NCBI RefSeq assembly: GCF_000973505.1
Contig: NZ_CP010048.1
Span: forward strand, 150,001 to 182,000
From: Candidatus Saccharimonadota bacterium
GTDB lineage: Bacteria > Pseudomonadota > Gammaproteobacteria > Enterobacterales > Enterobacteriaceae
DNA length: 32,000 nt
Reading direction: 5' to 3'
The notes under the pieces were generated by a model. That model was not told where the DNA came from, ran no database searches, and saw only the letters and a program-made list of their open reading frames with translations. A program made the position numbers and the translations under genes. Shown piece after piece: positions 31,965 through 32,000 of this stretch. Position 1 is the first letter of the stretch. Each line of letters begins with the position of its first letter.

Positions 31965-32000
31965 ATGAGACGGCATGTTACAAAAAAAAAGGTTGGATCA
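31965..32000 (+). CDS. Possible 5' end of an unidentified gene, truncated by the window edge (MRRHVTKKKVGS...)
   Basis: ATG 31965 is preceded by GGAGAG (31950-31955, 9-nt spacing), and the frame stays open to the window end. Only 12 codons are visible, so no product can be assigned. Confidence 0.3.
   Translation, partial: MRRHVTKKKVGS

Noticed and set aside
1-32000. A search for CRISPR arrays, IS or transposon ends, integrase, toxin-antitoxin or defence genes, tRNA or rRNA genes, or any large unassigned ORF that might mark a novel system.
   Set aside because: I found none. Every ORF of 100 aa or more is either a recognised housekeeping gene or a shadow of one. The spacers contain only low-complexity AT or GT sequence and short tandem duplications.

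Overview
This window is a strongly AT-rich, gene-dense stretch of housekeeping chromosome. It looks like a reduced-genome gammaproteobacterium derived from Enterobacterales, of the insect-endosymbiont type (Blochmannia-like is my guess, unverified). Gene order is collinear with the E. coli K-12 region from about 1 to 2.4 min. On the minus strand lie rsmA(ksgA)-pdxA-surA-lptD and then leuD-leuC-leuB-leuA. A 757-bp non-coding divergent spacer follows. On the plus strand lie the dcw cluster rsmH-ftsL-ftsI-murE-murF-mraY-murD-ftsW-murG-murC-ftsQ-ftsA-ftsZ, then lpxC and secA. All 23 large ORFs look intact and close to the length of their E. coli orthologues. All calls were made by eye from conserved motifs recalled from E. 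coli proteins; no search was run. I see no tRNA, rRNA, CRISPR array, IS or transposon, phage or defence genes, and no unassigned large ORF. I therefore do not find a credible previously undescribed system; this reads as an ordinary core region. The points worth a second look are evolutionary. (1) The plus strand carries a G+T excess that does not flip where gene orientation flips, and protein composition differs accordingly. (2) Genes or regulators present at the same junctions in E. coli are cleanly absent: mraZ, leuL/leuO/ilvIH/cra, ddlB, secM, mutT and the djlA-to-setA block. The non-coding spacers sit at four of these junctions; the fifth, murC-ftsQ, is only 111 bp. (3) Many in-frame homopolymer runs of 9-10 nt lie inside essential genes. 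(4) Stop/start overlaps and non-ATG starts are frequent. All shorter ORFs in the track are antisense or out-of-frame shadows of the real genes.
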